Of a DNA stretch of 64,000 bases, positions 28,924-38,259 are shown piece after piece (the first letter of the stretch is position 1; every line of letters starts with the position of its first letter). Under the pieces are notes generated by a model. That model was not told the DNA's origin, searched no databases, and saw nothing but the letters and a program-made list of their open reading frames with translations. The stretch is from an uncultured Chitinophagales bacterium (GTDB taxonomy: Bacteria > Bacteroidota > Rhodothermia > Balneolales > CAYWCV01): the NCBI GenBank assembly GCA_964456845.1, contig CAYWCV010000001.1, positions 116,240 through 180,239 on the forward strand, written 5' to 3'. A program made the position numbers and the translations under genes.

Positions 28924-30243
28924 ATGAGAAACTGGATTTCAACAAAGGCAACGCCACTTTTGCTGTTGTGCCTGGCATTAACAGGTTTAGTTCTATTCCC
29001 GTCTCAAACCAGTGCGCAAGTTAGGTCTGACCTCGAAATCAAGCAGGGCTTCGAAAGCAAGGTCGAGGACGTCCGAAAATCTATTTTGACGATCTTACGC
29101 ACATCTGATGCTGACTCACTTTTGAACGTGGTCAACGATATTGAATTGGAGTACTCCAATGACGTCGCCTTCCTGAATCAGGTTCTTGAGCCGAGAACAT
29201 TCCATTCGATTCTTGGTGACCTGCGAAATTTGGTCGCGATTCAACGATCCCAGCTCGAAACGATCGACTCACAACGCGAGGAGATCGTGGTGCTCAACCA
29301 GCGGATATCCGGCATTTCAGAACAGCTGCAATTCTCCAACTTACAGGCCGACTCGCTGCGTCGTGTGATTTCAAGAACGAATGCGTCGCGCGAGGTAATG
29401 AGTAATCTCGTCAGAGACTACAAGTCGCGGCTCGATGAGAGGGATGAGCTCATCCGCCTGTTCGTCGACTCCCTGATCGTTACTTACGACGACCCCAGGT
29501 TGCGCGAGTTGTTGGGTACTGAACAGAGGATCAGGGTGAATCGTCTAAACAACGACGATCATGCGCTTAAGATGATCCAAAGCATCATCGACGAGAATAT
29601 TGAAGTCATTTCGGGTTCGACCGAATTCGATGCTCCCTTCTATCTCAAAATGGACAATCTGCATTACCGTTTTGAAGACATGTGGACAAAGCTCGGAATG
29701 ACAATTTCTACCATCTACGAAGGCAAGCAGAATGCTGCCAAGGTTAATCAGTCGGTGAACGACAGGCTGCTCACATGGAAACAGAGGCTCCATGGTGCCA
29801 TGTGGAATTCCATGTACCGTAGCTTTTCCGACAATGGCATACTGTTGAGTGATTTCGATTCCGAAGTAGAATTTGTTTCAAGTGTCAATGCCTATCTTGA
29901 CACGACGCTTGTGCGTCTGAACACGGGTGTAACTGAAGCCGATTTCAGGAATTACGAAATGTTCAAACAGTTTTGGTCGAATGAGGTGAAAGAAAACTGG
30001 GCTCCAATGATGATCGAATCGAAACTGATCACTATGGAGGACATCTCAGCTATTGACTCGAAAGTTGAGGATTGGGGCACCATAGCTAGACCACGATCCG
30101 ACAATCTGTACATCTATCTGGGTATCAGCCTTGTAATTATCATTGGTATGGCCATCATGCTTATCATTGCAAGACGCAATATTGCTAAGGCCCAAAGGGA
30201 GCTTTCGGAAGCAACTGCCAGAAATGATTCGCTACGGAAATAG
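28924..30243 (+). CDS. hypothetical coiled-coil envelope protein (signal peptide plus C-terminal TM anchor)
   Basis: About 439 aa from the ATG at 28924, 1 nt after the previous stop. Signal MRNWISTKATPLLLLCLALTGLVLFPSQTSAQ, long heptad-like regions, and a C-terminal helix LGISLVIIIGMAIMLII followed by ARRNIAKAQRE. Confidence 0.6.
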   Translation: MRNWISTKATPLLLLCLALTGLVLFPSQTSAQVRSDLEIKQGFESKVEDVRKSILTILRTSDADSLLNVVNDIELEYSNDVAFLNQVLEPRTFHSILGDLRNLVAIQRSQLETIDSQREEIVVLNQRISGISEQLQFSNLQADSLRRVISRTNASREVMSNLVRDYKSRLDERDELIRLFVDSLIVTYDDPRLRELLGTEQRIRVNRLNNDDHALKMIQSIIDENIEVISGSTEFDAPFYLKMDNLHYRFEDMWTKLGMTISTIYEGKQNAAKVNQSVNDRLLTWKQRLHGAMWNSMYRSFSDNGILLSDFDSEVEFVSSVNAYLDTTLVRLNTGVTEADFRNYEMFKQFWSNEVKENWAPMMIESKLITMEDISAIDSKVEDWGTIARPRSDNLYIYLGISLVIIIGMAIMLIIARRNIAKAQRELSEATARNDSLRK

Positions 30244-30255
30244 CTAGGCTGTGTT

Positions 30256-32382
30256 CTAGGGTAGTGCCAAGTACTTTCTTAAGACCCATTCTCCGGTCAG
30301 GAATGCCAATGCTAGTAAGAACCAACCGATTCTACGGTATGGGTACCAGTCGAAAGCTACCTGTCTTTCTCCCGGACTCTGCAGGTTGAGCGTCTCAAGT
30401 AATCGCAAGAGCTCGCTAGACTGATCCCAGCTTAGGTATGCACCTCCCGACGAACTGGCTATATCGCGCAGCAGAGGGTCGTTGCGTTGCGTGTTGGTGT
30501 ACTCTATCACATTCTCCGACACAGAGAATTGACCGTCTCTTCGGTCGATTTCACGGCTGCCACGAAAGGCCACCGCCTCAAAATTGTACAGTCCTTCAGG
30601 GAGTTGGCCAACATCGATCGAATACTTGCCTAATCCATCATTATTGAGTGAGTAAGATGTTGACTCGCCACCTTCACGCCTCAATGCCATGCTTATGGTG
30701 CCATCCGATACTTGAAGCCCCGATTCGTCTTTCAAAAACGCATTGATCTGGACGGGATCGACACTGTCGAAGGCCCTGCGTGCCGGATTGATCACCAGAC
30801 GTCGGTCGTCGGGCTGGCTTGCCGTCCAAAGTATGAGGTTACGAAGCATCTCCTGTATTCCATTTCGAATGACAGGATTGCTGTTCAAATTCCACACATA
30901 GTAGCCAAAGAGGTTCAAAACGGCTGCCCGTCGACTTCCAACGGTGCGAACTGCCAGCAATGGAGCATCCACCTCAGCTCCTCTGAAATTTGCTGTCATC
31001 AACACTTCAGCACCGGGCGATGGTCTCAGATTTCGTATATGTCCGAATAAACGTGGCGCCCTCTCATATTCGGGATGCTCATAATTGAGAATCGGATGCT
31101 CACGCGAAGCCGTATTCAGTGTTATGCCCACCTCGAATGGTGAGTTGACAGGCGGCAAGGCCAGTGGAATACTGCCTTCAAGCCGTCGCATGGCCAGGGC
31201 GGGATCGAAAAGGGGAGAGGCCGCTAAAATGTACGAAGTGCCCGCAACTAGATTGCCGACCTTATCTAAGATTGACTGCGGAACACCACTGTGGGGGAAG
31301 CCGTATAAGAATATCAAATCTAAGGTGTCCGGATTGGTAGGCAAGGGGCCATTAATAAACCTGTCTCCACCAATCCAGGTAAGCGATCGTGAGAATATGC
31401 TCTCATCCATTTCAAGGAGATTCTGCACAACCTTTACGTCTGGATGCACCTCAAACGATACCAAGAGGACTCTCAACCTGTTGTCCAACACGTCGATTGA
31501 AAAAGATACCCTGTTATTGCGTGTGGTCCATTCGTCTTGGAGCGGCTCAACAACAGCCTCATATTGGCGCAATCCTTCGACATCGACGGGAAGCTCGAAC
31601 GACACGGCTTGTACCGAGCGGTCTGAGCGAAAAATGACGGGTTTAGAGTCGATCACACGGTCGCCCGAACGTAAATTCACCGTGGTGGCCTGCCCCGTGA
31701 ACCCGTCGTTTGCAACCATGATCTCGACTGGTACCCTCGTATCTTTGTAGGCAATATCCGGATGGACAACATTCTGAATAAGAACATCCTTTGTTCGCGT
31801 CGAATCGCCCAGGCCAACGACAAATACGGGCTGTGACATGCGATCGACCACAAAGCGAGGATCGCGTCCGGAGTTATACTGCCCGTCGGTAAATAGGATG
31901 ACGGCACTGGCATCGCGTTCAAGCTCGGATATGGTCCCTAAGGCCATTGCGATGTCCGTTTCACGCCCAGTTAATTCTAGTGAGTCGAGATGTGTTGGCT
32001 TAATGACGTTGTCGAACGCAAACGGCAATAATTGGACGGTAGTTGTGTCTATTCCACCGAGTACATTTCGTGCTTGGGCGTAGCTTGCTGATCCCTCATA
32101 ATTACCAATGGATATACCCGAGCTCAGACTGTTGTCGAACAGCACAGGTAAGCGGTTTCTCACAATCTCAGTTCCGATGCGTTGGACAACCGGGTTCAGA
32201 AGCACCAAGGCAAGTGCAATAAACGCCATGATTCGCATCCCGATCAAACTTGCCTTTTGAAGCTTGCTAACGCGTAGGTGATGATACGACCAAACGGTCA
32301 GTGCGATTGCGACCGCAAAAACGATGGCGACCATCCATACTGAAATGGGCGTCTCAAATCCTTTGAAGATCCAGTCATTCAT
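30256..32382 (-). CDS. vWA/MIDAS domain membrane protein with an N-terminal double-TM segment (BatA/BatB-like, extended)
   Basis: 708 aa. Two N-terminal TM helices (VWMVAIVFAVAIALTVW, LIGMRIMAFIALALVLL). MIDAS DxSxS (FDNSLSS, encoded at 32122-32136). VILFTDGQYNSG. A C-terminal TM helix (IGWFLLALAFLTGEWVL). ATGA overlap with the upstream S8 gene. Confidence 0.7.
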   Translation of the reverse strand: MNDWIFKGFETPISVWMVAIVFAVAIALTVWSYHHLRVSKLQKASLIGMRIMAFIALALVLLNPVVQRIGTEIVRNRLPVLFDNSLSSGISIGNYEGSASYAQARNVLGGIDTTTVQLLPFAFDNVIKPTHLDSLELTGRETDIAMALGTISELERDASAVILFTDGQYNSGRDPRFVVDRMSQPVFVVGLGDSTRTKDVLIQNVVHPDIAYKDTRVPVEIMVANDGFTGQATTVNLRSGDRVIDSKPVIFRSDRSVQAVSFELPVDVEGLRQYEAVVEPLQDEWTTRNNRVSFSIDVLDNRLRVLLVSFEVHPDVKVVQNLLEMDESIFSRSLTWIGGDRFINGPLPTNPDTLDLIFLYGFPHSGVPQSILDKVGNLVAGTSYILAASPLFDPALAMRRLEGSIPLALPPVNSPFEVGITLNTASREHPILNYEHPEYERAPRLFGHIRNLRPSPGAEVLMTANFRGAEVDAPLLAVRTVGSRRAAVLNLFGYYVWNLNSNPVIRNGIQEMLRNLILWTASQPDDRRLVINPARRAFDSVDPVQINAFLKDESGLQVSDGTISMALRREGGESTSYSLNNDGLGKYSIDVGQLPEGLYNFEAVAFRGSREIDRRDGQFSVSENVIEYTNTQRNDPLLRDIASSSGGAYLSWDQSSELLRLLETLNLQSPGERQVAFDWYPYRRIGWFLLALAFLTGEWVLRKYLALP

Positions 32383-34052
32383 TTAACAAGGCTCATGGGA
32401 TGCAACTGAACTTTCGAGATCGCACCATTGGTGAATTGAAATTTTGCGAAATAGATGCCACTTGCGGCTTTTACTCCAGCAGAAGTGTGCCCACTCCATT
32501 GCATCGTGCCGGTTGTGGAGGTACTTGGTCCATTCAACGTTGCAATCGTTCGTCCAGACACATCGATAACAGTCACGTTATGGAGACTCCAACCATCTGG
32601 AACCTGGTAGTGCATCGTCGTTGATGGGTTGAAGGGATTTGGGAAATTTTGGACAATGAATCTATCCTGTGGCAAGTTAGGAACAGAATCGTCCCGAACG
32701 GATGTCGTGACGCCCGTAATAAGGTTTAGTGCATCGATTTTACCGTAGCCGGTGAGATTATCCGGATTTGGATACTTCGAAGATGCCTTTTGAGCCTGAC
32801 GGACATACCAGATAGCCGGCATGCCCGGTCGAGCCTGCATAGCCAAGGCCATCATTCCGGCCACATGGGGGGCTGCAAAAGAAGTACCCGACACATTCCC
32901 GTAACTATTCGCTGACTCACTTTTTGCTGAAAACACGCTATGTCCTCTTGCAGACACGTCGGGTTTAATTCGACCATCTGCTGTTGGACCCATAGAACTA
33001 GACGATATCCTGACACCTGTAGATGTTAGCGATCCAACTGCAAGTATTGAATCGGCGTCTGCCGGTGTCGTAATGTATTTCCAAGTTGAGTTACCCTCAT
33101 TGCCAGCTGACACAACCACCACCATGTTGAACACGGTTGCAGCCTTCGTTGCAGCTCGGGCTATCGCCGATGTTTTGCCGTCCATATCGTCGTAAGTGTA
33201 GCTTGCCGCAGGCTGACTGTCGAAGATGCTGTAGCCTAGCGACGAGTTCACAACCTGCACCCCCAAGGTCTGCATCCACTCGATGGCTGCGATCCAGTTG
33301 TCCTCTTCGATGGGGGCTTCCTGCTTGTCGTCTTCCGTACGGGCAATAACGAGCGACACACCTGGAGAAACCCCCATCAGAGTACCATCTTTCTTGCCGG
33401 CTATGATTGCGGCTACGGAAGTTCCATGACTGTGATAGAGGGCATCGGTCACATTTCGTTTGGTATCGTTTCCGCCATCCACGAAATCTCGTTCGGCAAG
33501 TATGCGCCCATTTGACCTCAAATGCTCGAATACCTCGTGGTTAACATCAAAACCACCGTCCATTATGCCTACAACTACGCCAGTGCCGTCGTAACCCAAC
33601 CCATGCACTTGATCTACCCTGTGGAACTGCAGCTGAGCGGCTGATTGGCCATATGTATTCATATCAAGGAATTGTCCCATCGTAACACCTGAGAACGACT
33701 GCTTGGCAGTCGGTTCAGGGAACATGGCTCCAGGTTCTGAACGCGCCTGTGATAACTTCTTTACATGCCGCACTTCTTTCACGAAATCCAATCTCCGGAC
33801 ATCTTCAGCCTTCGCGGAATCAGCATAGATCACCACCGCGTTCAGCCAGTTGCTTGTGTTGACAATATCAATGCCTTTCGAATGGATCGTTTCGATGTTT
33901 GCCTCATCGGGTGGTAAAAGATGGCATTTAATTACGTCGGAACCGCAGTACGGATGCGATTTGCTGTCAAAATAGACCCACATCTTCAATTTCTCGGATG
34001 CTCCGCTTTGCAGATAGGCAAACAGCAGTAAAACTACTCCGAGCAACTTCAT
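32379..34052 (-). CDS. S8 family serine peptidase with a T9SS-type C-terminal sorting domain
   Basis: 557 aa. Signal peptide MKLLGVVLLLFAYLQSGAS. Subtilase triad motifs GIMDGG, HGTSVAAIIAG and SGTSFAAPHVAG. The C-terminus NFPNPFNPSTTMHYQ...VIDVSGRTI...GIYFAKFQF is typical of Por/T9SS CTDs. Confidence 0.85.
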   Translation of the reverse strand: MKLLGVVLLLFAYLQSGASEKLKMWVYFDSKSHPYCGSDVIKCHLLPPDEANIETIHSKGIDIVNTSNWLNAVVIYADSAKAEDVRRLDFVKEVRHVKKLSQARSEPGAMFPEPTAKQSFSGVTMGQFLDMNTYGQSAAQLQFHRVDQVHGLGYDGTGVVVGIMDGGFDVNHEVFEHLRSNGRILAERDFVDGGNDTKRNVTDALYHSHGTSVAAIIAGKKDGTLMGVSPGVSLVIARTEDDKQEAPIEEDNWIAAIEWMQTLGVQVVNSSLGYSIFDSQPAASYTYDDMDGKTSAIARAATKAATVFNMVVVVSAGNEGNSTWKYITTPADADSILAVGSLTSTGVRISSSSMGPTADGRIKPDVSARGHSVFSAKSESANSYGNVSGTSFAAPHVAGMMALAMQARPGMPAIWYVRQAQKASSKYPNPDNLTGYGKIDALNLITGVTTSVRDDSVPNLPQDRFIVQNFPNPFNPSTTMHYQVPDGWSLHNVTVIDVSGRTIATLNGPSTSTTGTMQWSGHTSAGVKAASGIYFAKFQFTNGAISKVQLHPMSLVK

Positions 34053-35011
34053 CAGAGCCCTCCAGTAACGCTGATCCTATAGCAATAGAATAAATAAACA
34101 GCGTATACAATGAGAAGAAGTACCCCACCAACCCTGTTGACACTTTTGAAAAAAGCGTACAGCGGAAGTATCAGCAGGATCACCAACAGCATGTAAGGCA
34201 TGTGAAACGGCAGCGTCCAAATATCAGAAACCACTAACGGAGCAAATATGGACACAAACCCAATGACGAACAGAACGTTAAAAATGTTGCTGCCCACAAT
34301 GTTCCCCAGCGAGATGTCATTTTCCTTCTTTATGATGGCCGCCACTGATGCCGCCAGCTCTGGTAGGGACGTTCCAATGGCTACAATCGTGACTCCAATC
34401 ACCATTTCGGATACGCCGAGGGATAGGGCAATCGATGTTGCCGAGTCCACCATGAGGTCGGCACCAAAGATCAAGCCTGCCAATCCCCCAATTATAAACA
34501 GACCGTTTCTGATCCAGTCTGGTTTAGGCTTCGGGATTTGGCTAAATACATCAGCGTCTTCCACAACTCTACCCGTTTTAAAAAGCCAATACAGAAATCC
34601 GACGAAAATCACGGCAAGGATTGCACCGTCGGTTCTGGTAATGGTGCCGTCAAGTGCAAACGCAAATAAAAGGAAGGCCGTGAGGGCCATAAAAAGGTAT
34701 TCCTTCTTAATTACCGACGACGAAATCGCAACTGGTTTGAGAATACCAGTAATGCCAAGAATCAATGCGATGTTGGCAATATTGCTGCCCACAATGTTGC
34801 CGATGGCGAGATCGGAGGCGTTGGTGGCAGACGAGGTGAGGTTGAACACGAATTCTGGCATGGACGTGCCAAAGGCTACTATCGACATGCCTACCACAAG
34901 GGGGGACACACCCAAAGCGAGAGCGATTCGGCTGGCACCGTCAACCAAGATTTTGGCCCCGGCTGTTAGGAACACGAGGCCAACAGCAAATATCAGGATG
35001 TCGAGTAACAT
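34052..35011 (-). CDS. calcium/sodium antiporter (CaCA family, YrbG-like)
   Basis: 319 aa with about 10 TM helices. Duplicated alpha-repeat motifs GTSMPEF...GNIVGSNIANI and GTSLPELA...GNIVGSNIFNV. Confidence 0.88.
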   Translation of the reverse strand: MLLDILIFAVGLVFLTAGAKILVDGASRIALALGVSPLVVGMSIVAFGTSMPEFVFNLTSSATNASDLAIGNIVGSNIANIALILGITGILKPVAISSSVIKKEYLFMALTAFLLFAFALDGTITRTDGAILAVIFVGFLYWLFKTGRVVEDADVFSQIPKPKPDWIRNGLFIIGGLAGLIFGADLMVDSATSIALSLGVSEMVIGVTIVAIGTSLPELAASVAAIIKKENDISLGNIVGSNIFNVLFVIGFVSIFAPLVVSDIWTLPFHMPYMLLVILLILPLYAFFKSVNRVGGVLLLIVYAVYLFYCYRISVTGGL

Positions 35012-35013
35012 GG

Positions 35014-36012
35014 TCAGTGGTAGACGGTGTCAACGAGCCGCTTGATTACGCCAGCCACATCGATACCTTCAGCTTCTGCCGTGTAGTTGGTCACAATTCG
35101 GTGTCTGAGGACAGGCACTGCCAATGATTTGACATCTTCGTCGGTTACATTGAACCTTCCCCTCGATAAAGCACGCGTTTTGCCACCGAGAATCAGATAT
35201 TGTGATGCACGTGGACCCGCACCCCAACTTAAATATTGTTTCACAAAGTCCGGGGTACCTTTTCCGTCGGGTCTGGTCAGACTCACGAGCTTCACAGCAT
35301 TTTCGAGCACCTGGCGTGGCACGGTCACTTCACGCACAAGCTGCTGAAACGCCTTAATTTCGTCTGCACTCAAAATCGAATTGACTTTGGCTTCGCTTGA
35401 CACTGTGGTGCGCGATACAATCTCGATTTCCTCCTCGAAGCTCGGATAGTCGAGTTGCAGGTGAAACATGAATCGGTCGAGTTGGGCCTCCGGAAGGGGA
35501 TAGGTGCCTTCTTGCTCGATAGGGTTTTGTGTCGCAAGGACAAAGAATGGCCTCTCCAATTCGTAGGTGTTACCTGCTGCGGTCACATGGTACTCCTGCA
35601 TGGCCTCGAGCAAGGCTGCCTGCGTTTTGGGAGGCGTGCGGTTGATTTCGTCTGCAAGGACAATGTTTGCGAAAATCGGGCCTTTGATAAATTTGAAGGC
35701 CTTACGTCCTGTGTTGCGGTCATCCTCAATGATTTCGGTGCCAGTGATGTCGCCTGGCATCAAGTCGGGTGTGAACTGAATACGGTTGTAACTCAAATTC
35801 AACGCCTCCGACACTGTTCTGACAAGCAGCGTCTTTGCAAGGCCAGGTACGCCTACAAGGACACAGTGCCCCCGTGAAAATAGACTGATGAGCAACAGGT
35901 CGACGACATCATGCTGCCCAACCACGATCTTACCTATCTCGCTTTTGAGTCTCTCGAACGATTCCGTAAACGATTCGGCTGCCTTGACTGGATCCATTGT
36001 TGTAGTCTGCAT
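35014..36012 (-). CDS. MoxR family AAA+ ATPase
   Basis: 332 aa. Walker A LVGVPGLAKT, Walker B ANIVLADEINR, ATQNPIEQEGTYPLPEAQLDRF, and a C-terminal GAGPRAS motif, all typical of the MoxR/AAA_3 family. Confidence 0.9.
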   Translation of the reverse strand: MQTTTMDPVKAAESFTESFERLKSEIGKIVVGQHDVVDLLLISLFSRGHCVLVGVPGLAKTLLVRTVSEALNLSYNRIQFTPDLMPGDITGTEIIEDDRNTGRKAFKFIKGPIFANIVLADEINRTPPKTQAALLEAMQEYHVTAAGNTYELERPFFVLATQNPIEQEGTYPLPEAQLDRFMFHLQLDYPSFEEEIEIVSRTTVSSEAKVNSILSADEIKAFQQLVREVTVPRQVLENAVKLVSLTRPDGKGTPDFVKQYLSWGAGPRASQYLILGGKTRALSRGRFNVTDEDVKSLAVPVLRHRIVTNYTAEAEGIDVAGVIKRLVDTVYH

Positions 36013-36027
36013 ATAGAAACTGCCTGA

Positions 36028-37377
36028 TTAGTTTCGGTTGGGTACCGTTATTTTGTACTCAACGTAAATTGATTTTCTGAGCTCATCCAAATAACTGGAG
36101 AGCATTACCAACTGCTTGCGCTGCAGCGCGTAATTTGCTATAAGTTCGTAATCGTCGGTAAGATTGGCCTTGTGCTCAGGCAGTTTCTTCTGCAGCTGAA
36201 CCAGTCGATAGGCCTTCCTGAGCTCACGTTGATTTGCGCTGGGAGGAACATTATATGGCCGTGGGTCAGAGATGTCGCCCACGTTGTCTAGAAGTATGAC
36301 CATGCTGTACAGGGCCGGATCAAGCCGGTCGATGTCGAGCATCGTGTCGCCTGTCATGGGGTCCATCAGCCTGCCGCCAAACGGAGCCGTTGCCTTGTCG
36401 TCGGAATGACGTCGCGCCATTTCAGTGAAGCTCTTACCGTGATTGACCAAACTGTCGCGGATTGCCTCCAACTTCCTGATAGCGACCTCGTCTTCCGATT
36501 CGGAGCTGCTTATTTGAATTAGAACATGGTTCGTTTCAATCTGGTCGGCCACGCGCCTGTTCAGTCGAATCACATGGTAACCAAATAGTGTTTCAACCAC
36601 TTCAGAAACTTGACCGGGTTCAAGAGCAGCCGCAGCGGCAGAATATTCAGGAACAAGTTCCGACATGTTCATGAGGGGTATGACGCCTCCGGTCTGTCGA
36701 GCAGCTGGATCGGCACTGTGCCTGCGCGCCATTTCCTCAATAGACTTTCCGTGGTTTAGGATCGAATCTCTGATGGCTGAGGCAAATTTGAAGGCACGTT
36801 CCTTTGCATCTGCGCTGAGTGGCGGGATGGCTACAATGTGAGCCATCTGCACCTGTTCAGGGATCGTCGGAAGAGAATCGGATGGGATGCTGCCGAAGAA
36901 CTCCTCCACCTCGCGTCTGGTTATCGAAATTCTTGCCCGAAAATTTTCCCTGACTTTATTGGCGAGCTCATTTTCCCGAACCCTCGGGCGCCATTCGTTC
37001 TTGTACTCAAAAATCGTTTTCCCCAGGGCCTCCTCCAGAGCCTGTTCCGTTCCGAACTGCGCCGTGAGCTGTCGGATGTAATCATCCAAGCGCCGTTCAA
37101 TTTGGTCTTCCTCAACCACCACTGAATCGATGGCGGCCTGTTCGATCAATACATACTTGTCGATTTGGGTCTCAAGAATTTCATACCAGATAACATCCTC
37201 GTAGGCGATGCTCTGATCACGCAGCATGATATCTTTCACCAAACTGTCGATGTCTGACTTCAAGATGACATGGTCGTTGACCTGAGCAACGATTCGGTCG
37301 AGTATGTTGCCGTTCTGAGCAAGAGCTCCTGAAAATCCGGCAAGGGACAAAACCAGGGTTAAAACAAGTTTATTCAT
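36028..37377 (-). CDS. surA: periplasmic chaperone/peptidyl-prolyl isomerase SurA-like (two parvulin domains)
   Basis: Signal MNKLVLTLVLSLAGFSGALAQ from the ATG at 37377. SurA_N-like region (IVAQVNDHVILKSD). Two parvulin modules (…FGYHVIRL… and a second with GGRL…). The internal duplication RDSILNHGKSIEEMARRHS / RDSLVNHGKSFTEMARRHS is visible. Confidence 0.8.
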   Translation of the reverse strand: MNKLVLTLVLSLAGFSGALAQNGNILDRIVAQVNDHVILKSDIDSLVKDIMLRDQSIAYEDVIWYEILETQIDKYVLIEQAAIDSVVVEEDQIERRLDDYIRQLTAQFGTEQALEEALGKTIFEYKNEWRPRVRENELANKVRENFRARISITRREVEEFFGSIPSDSLPTIPEQVQMAHIVAIPPLSADAKERAFKFASAIRDSILNHGKSIEEMARRHSADPAARQTGGVIPLMNMSELVPEYSAAAAALEPGQVSEVVETLFGYHVIRLNRRVADQIETNHVLIQISSSESEDEVAIRKLEAIRDSLVNHGKSFTEMARRHSDDKATAPFGGRLMDPMTGDTMLDIDRLDPALYSMVILLDNVGDISDPRPYNVPPSANQRELRKAYRLVQLQKKLPEHKANLTDDYELIANYALQRKQLVMLSSYLDELRKSIYVEYKITVPNRN

Positions 37378-37393
37378 TCGGCTTATGTGTTTG

Positions 37394-38203
37394 CTACTGT
37401 CGTTGCAACAGATTCGTCTGTTGTGCATTCATGATGATGCTCTGTTCTAACGCACGTAATCGCCGGTTCTTTTTCTGAACGAGCAACCAATCTTCAATAT
37501 ACGGACGAACGAGCGAGGTATCGAGTGCCGTTCCAACCGCCACGGGTCCCTCGACCCAAAAAAAATGCCAATTACCATTGTCCGAGACGACATCAGACAA
37601 CCGATTGGTGCCAGACGAACGCCAAAACTGCCCGAGTGCGGGATACTCACCCTCCAGTTGCCTGATCGTTCGCGGCATTTGTTGCAGCGCCCACCAATCG
37701 GTATTCGATTCTTGGACCTTGCGAAGCACATCGTCTCGGCGATCACGACGCGACATGGCATCGTGCAATGCATAAACGGTGTCGCGTGCTGAGTCCCAAA
37801 AATGATACACTTTCAACGACGGTTCCGAGACTTTGACAAATGTAGGATTCGAGTCAAAAATGTCGGCCCAGTCGGAGGAGGTCAGCCTCACCGTATCAAG
37901 CCTTGATTGTAAAAGTCGCAGCATGGCGTCGCTAAGCACTTGGTCGCGCGCGTGTTCGAGTTGCCGTTTCACATCGGGGCTGTCGGTCAACCCATTACGC
38001 TCGGCCTCCAAACTCAGAATAGCCCTTCTTTCCCACGCTTCGACATAATCACTGATTGCCCGGGCACTGTCTGAGCGAAGCTCAGCTGACGGTATGCCAT
38101 TTACCGCTTCATCCAGCATGAGAATCCTGCTGCCCACCCTCGAGAGCACTGTGTTCTCGCTCTTGTTGGAGCCTCCACAGTTCACGAGGGTTGCAGCCAG
38201 CAC
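37394..38203 (-). CDS. hypothetical lipoprotein, SurA_N/PpiD-like chaperone domain suspected; true start probably upstream and non-AUG
   Basis: 269 aa from the GTG at 38203. The frame stays open upstream to a TAA and encodes ...LYRLNKYGCILACVLAATLVNCGG, a complete lipoprotein signal. The only candidate start codons there are a CTG (38242) and ATC/ATT codons (an ATT at 38215, and an ATC-ATT pair further upstream that would overlap the preceding gene). Confidence 0.6.
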   Translation of the reverse strand: MLAATLVNCGGSNKSENTVLSRVGSRILMLDEAVNGIPSAELRSDSARAISDYVEAWERRAILSLEAERNGLTDSPDVKRQLEHARDQVLSDAMLRLLQSRLDTVRLTSSDWADIFDSNPTFVKVSEPSLKVYHFWDSARDTVYALHDAMSRRDRRDDVLRKVQESNTDWWALQQMPRTIRQLEGEYPALGQFWRSSGTNRLSDVVSDNGNWHFFWVEGPVAVGTALDTSLVRPYIEDWLLVQKKNRRLRALEQSIIMNAQQTNLLQRQ

Positions 38204-38259
38204 GCATGCAAGAATACAACCATATTTGTTGAGTCGATACAGTGGGGTGCCTGTGCGTT

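Noticed and set aside
34248-35045. 265-aa ORF antisense to the CaCA antiporter
   Set aside because: This is a mirror ORF of a membrane-protein gene. The antiporter's duplicated GTS(M/L)PE...GNIVGSNI motifs settle which strand is coding.
36400-36790. Internal direct repeat at protein level (RDS(I/L)(L/V)NHGKS(I/F)(E/T)EMARRHS), seen twice
   Set aside because: It is explained by the two parvulin domains of SurA, an ancient intragenic duplication. It is not a mobile or tandem DNA repeat, and the DNA copies have diverged.
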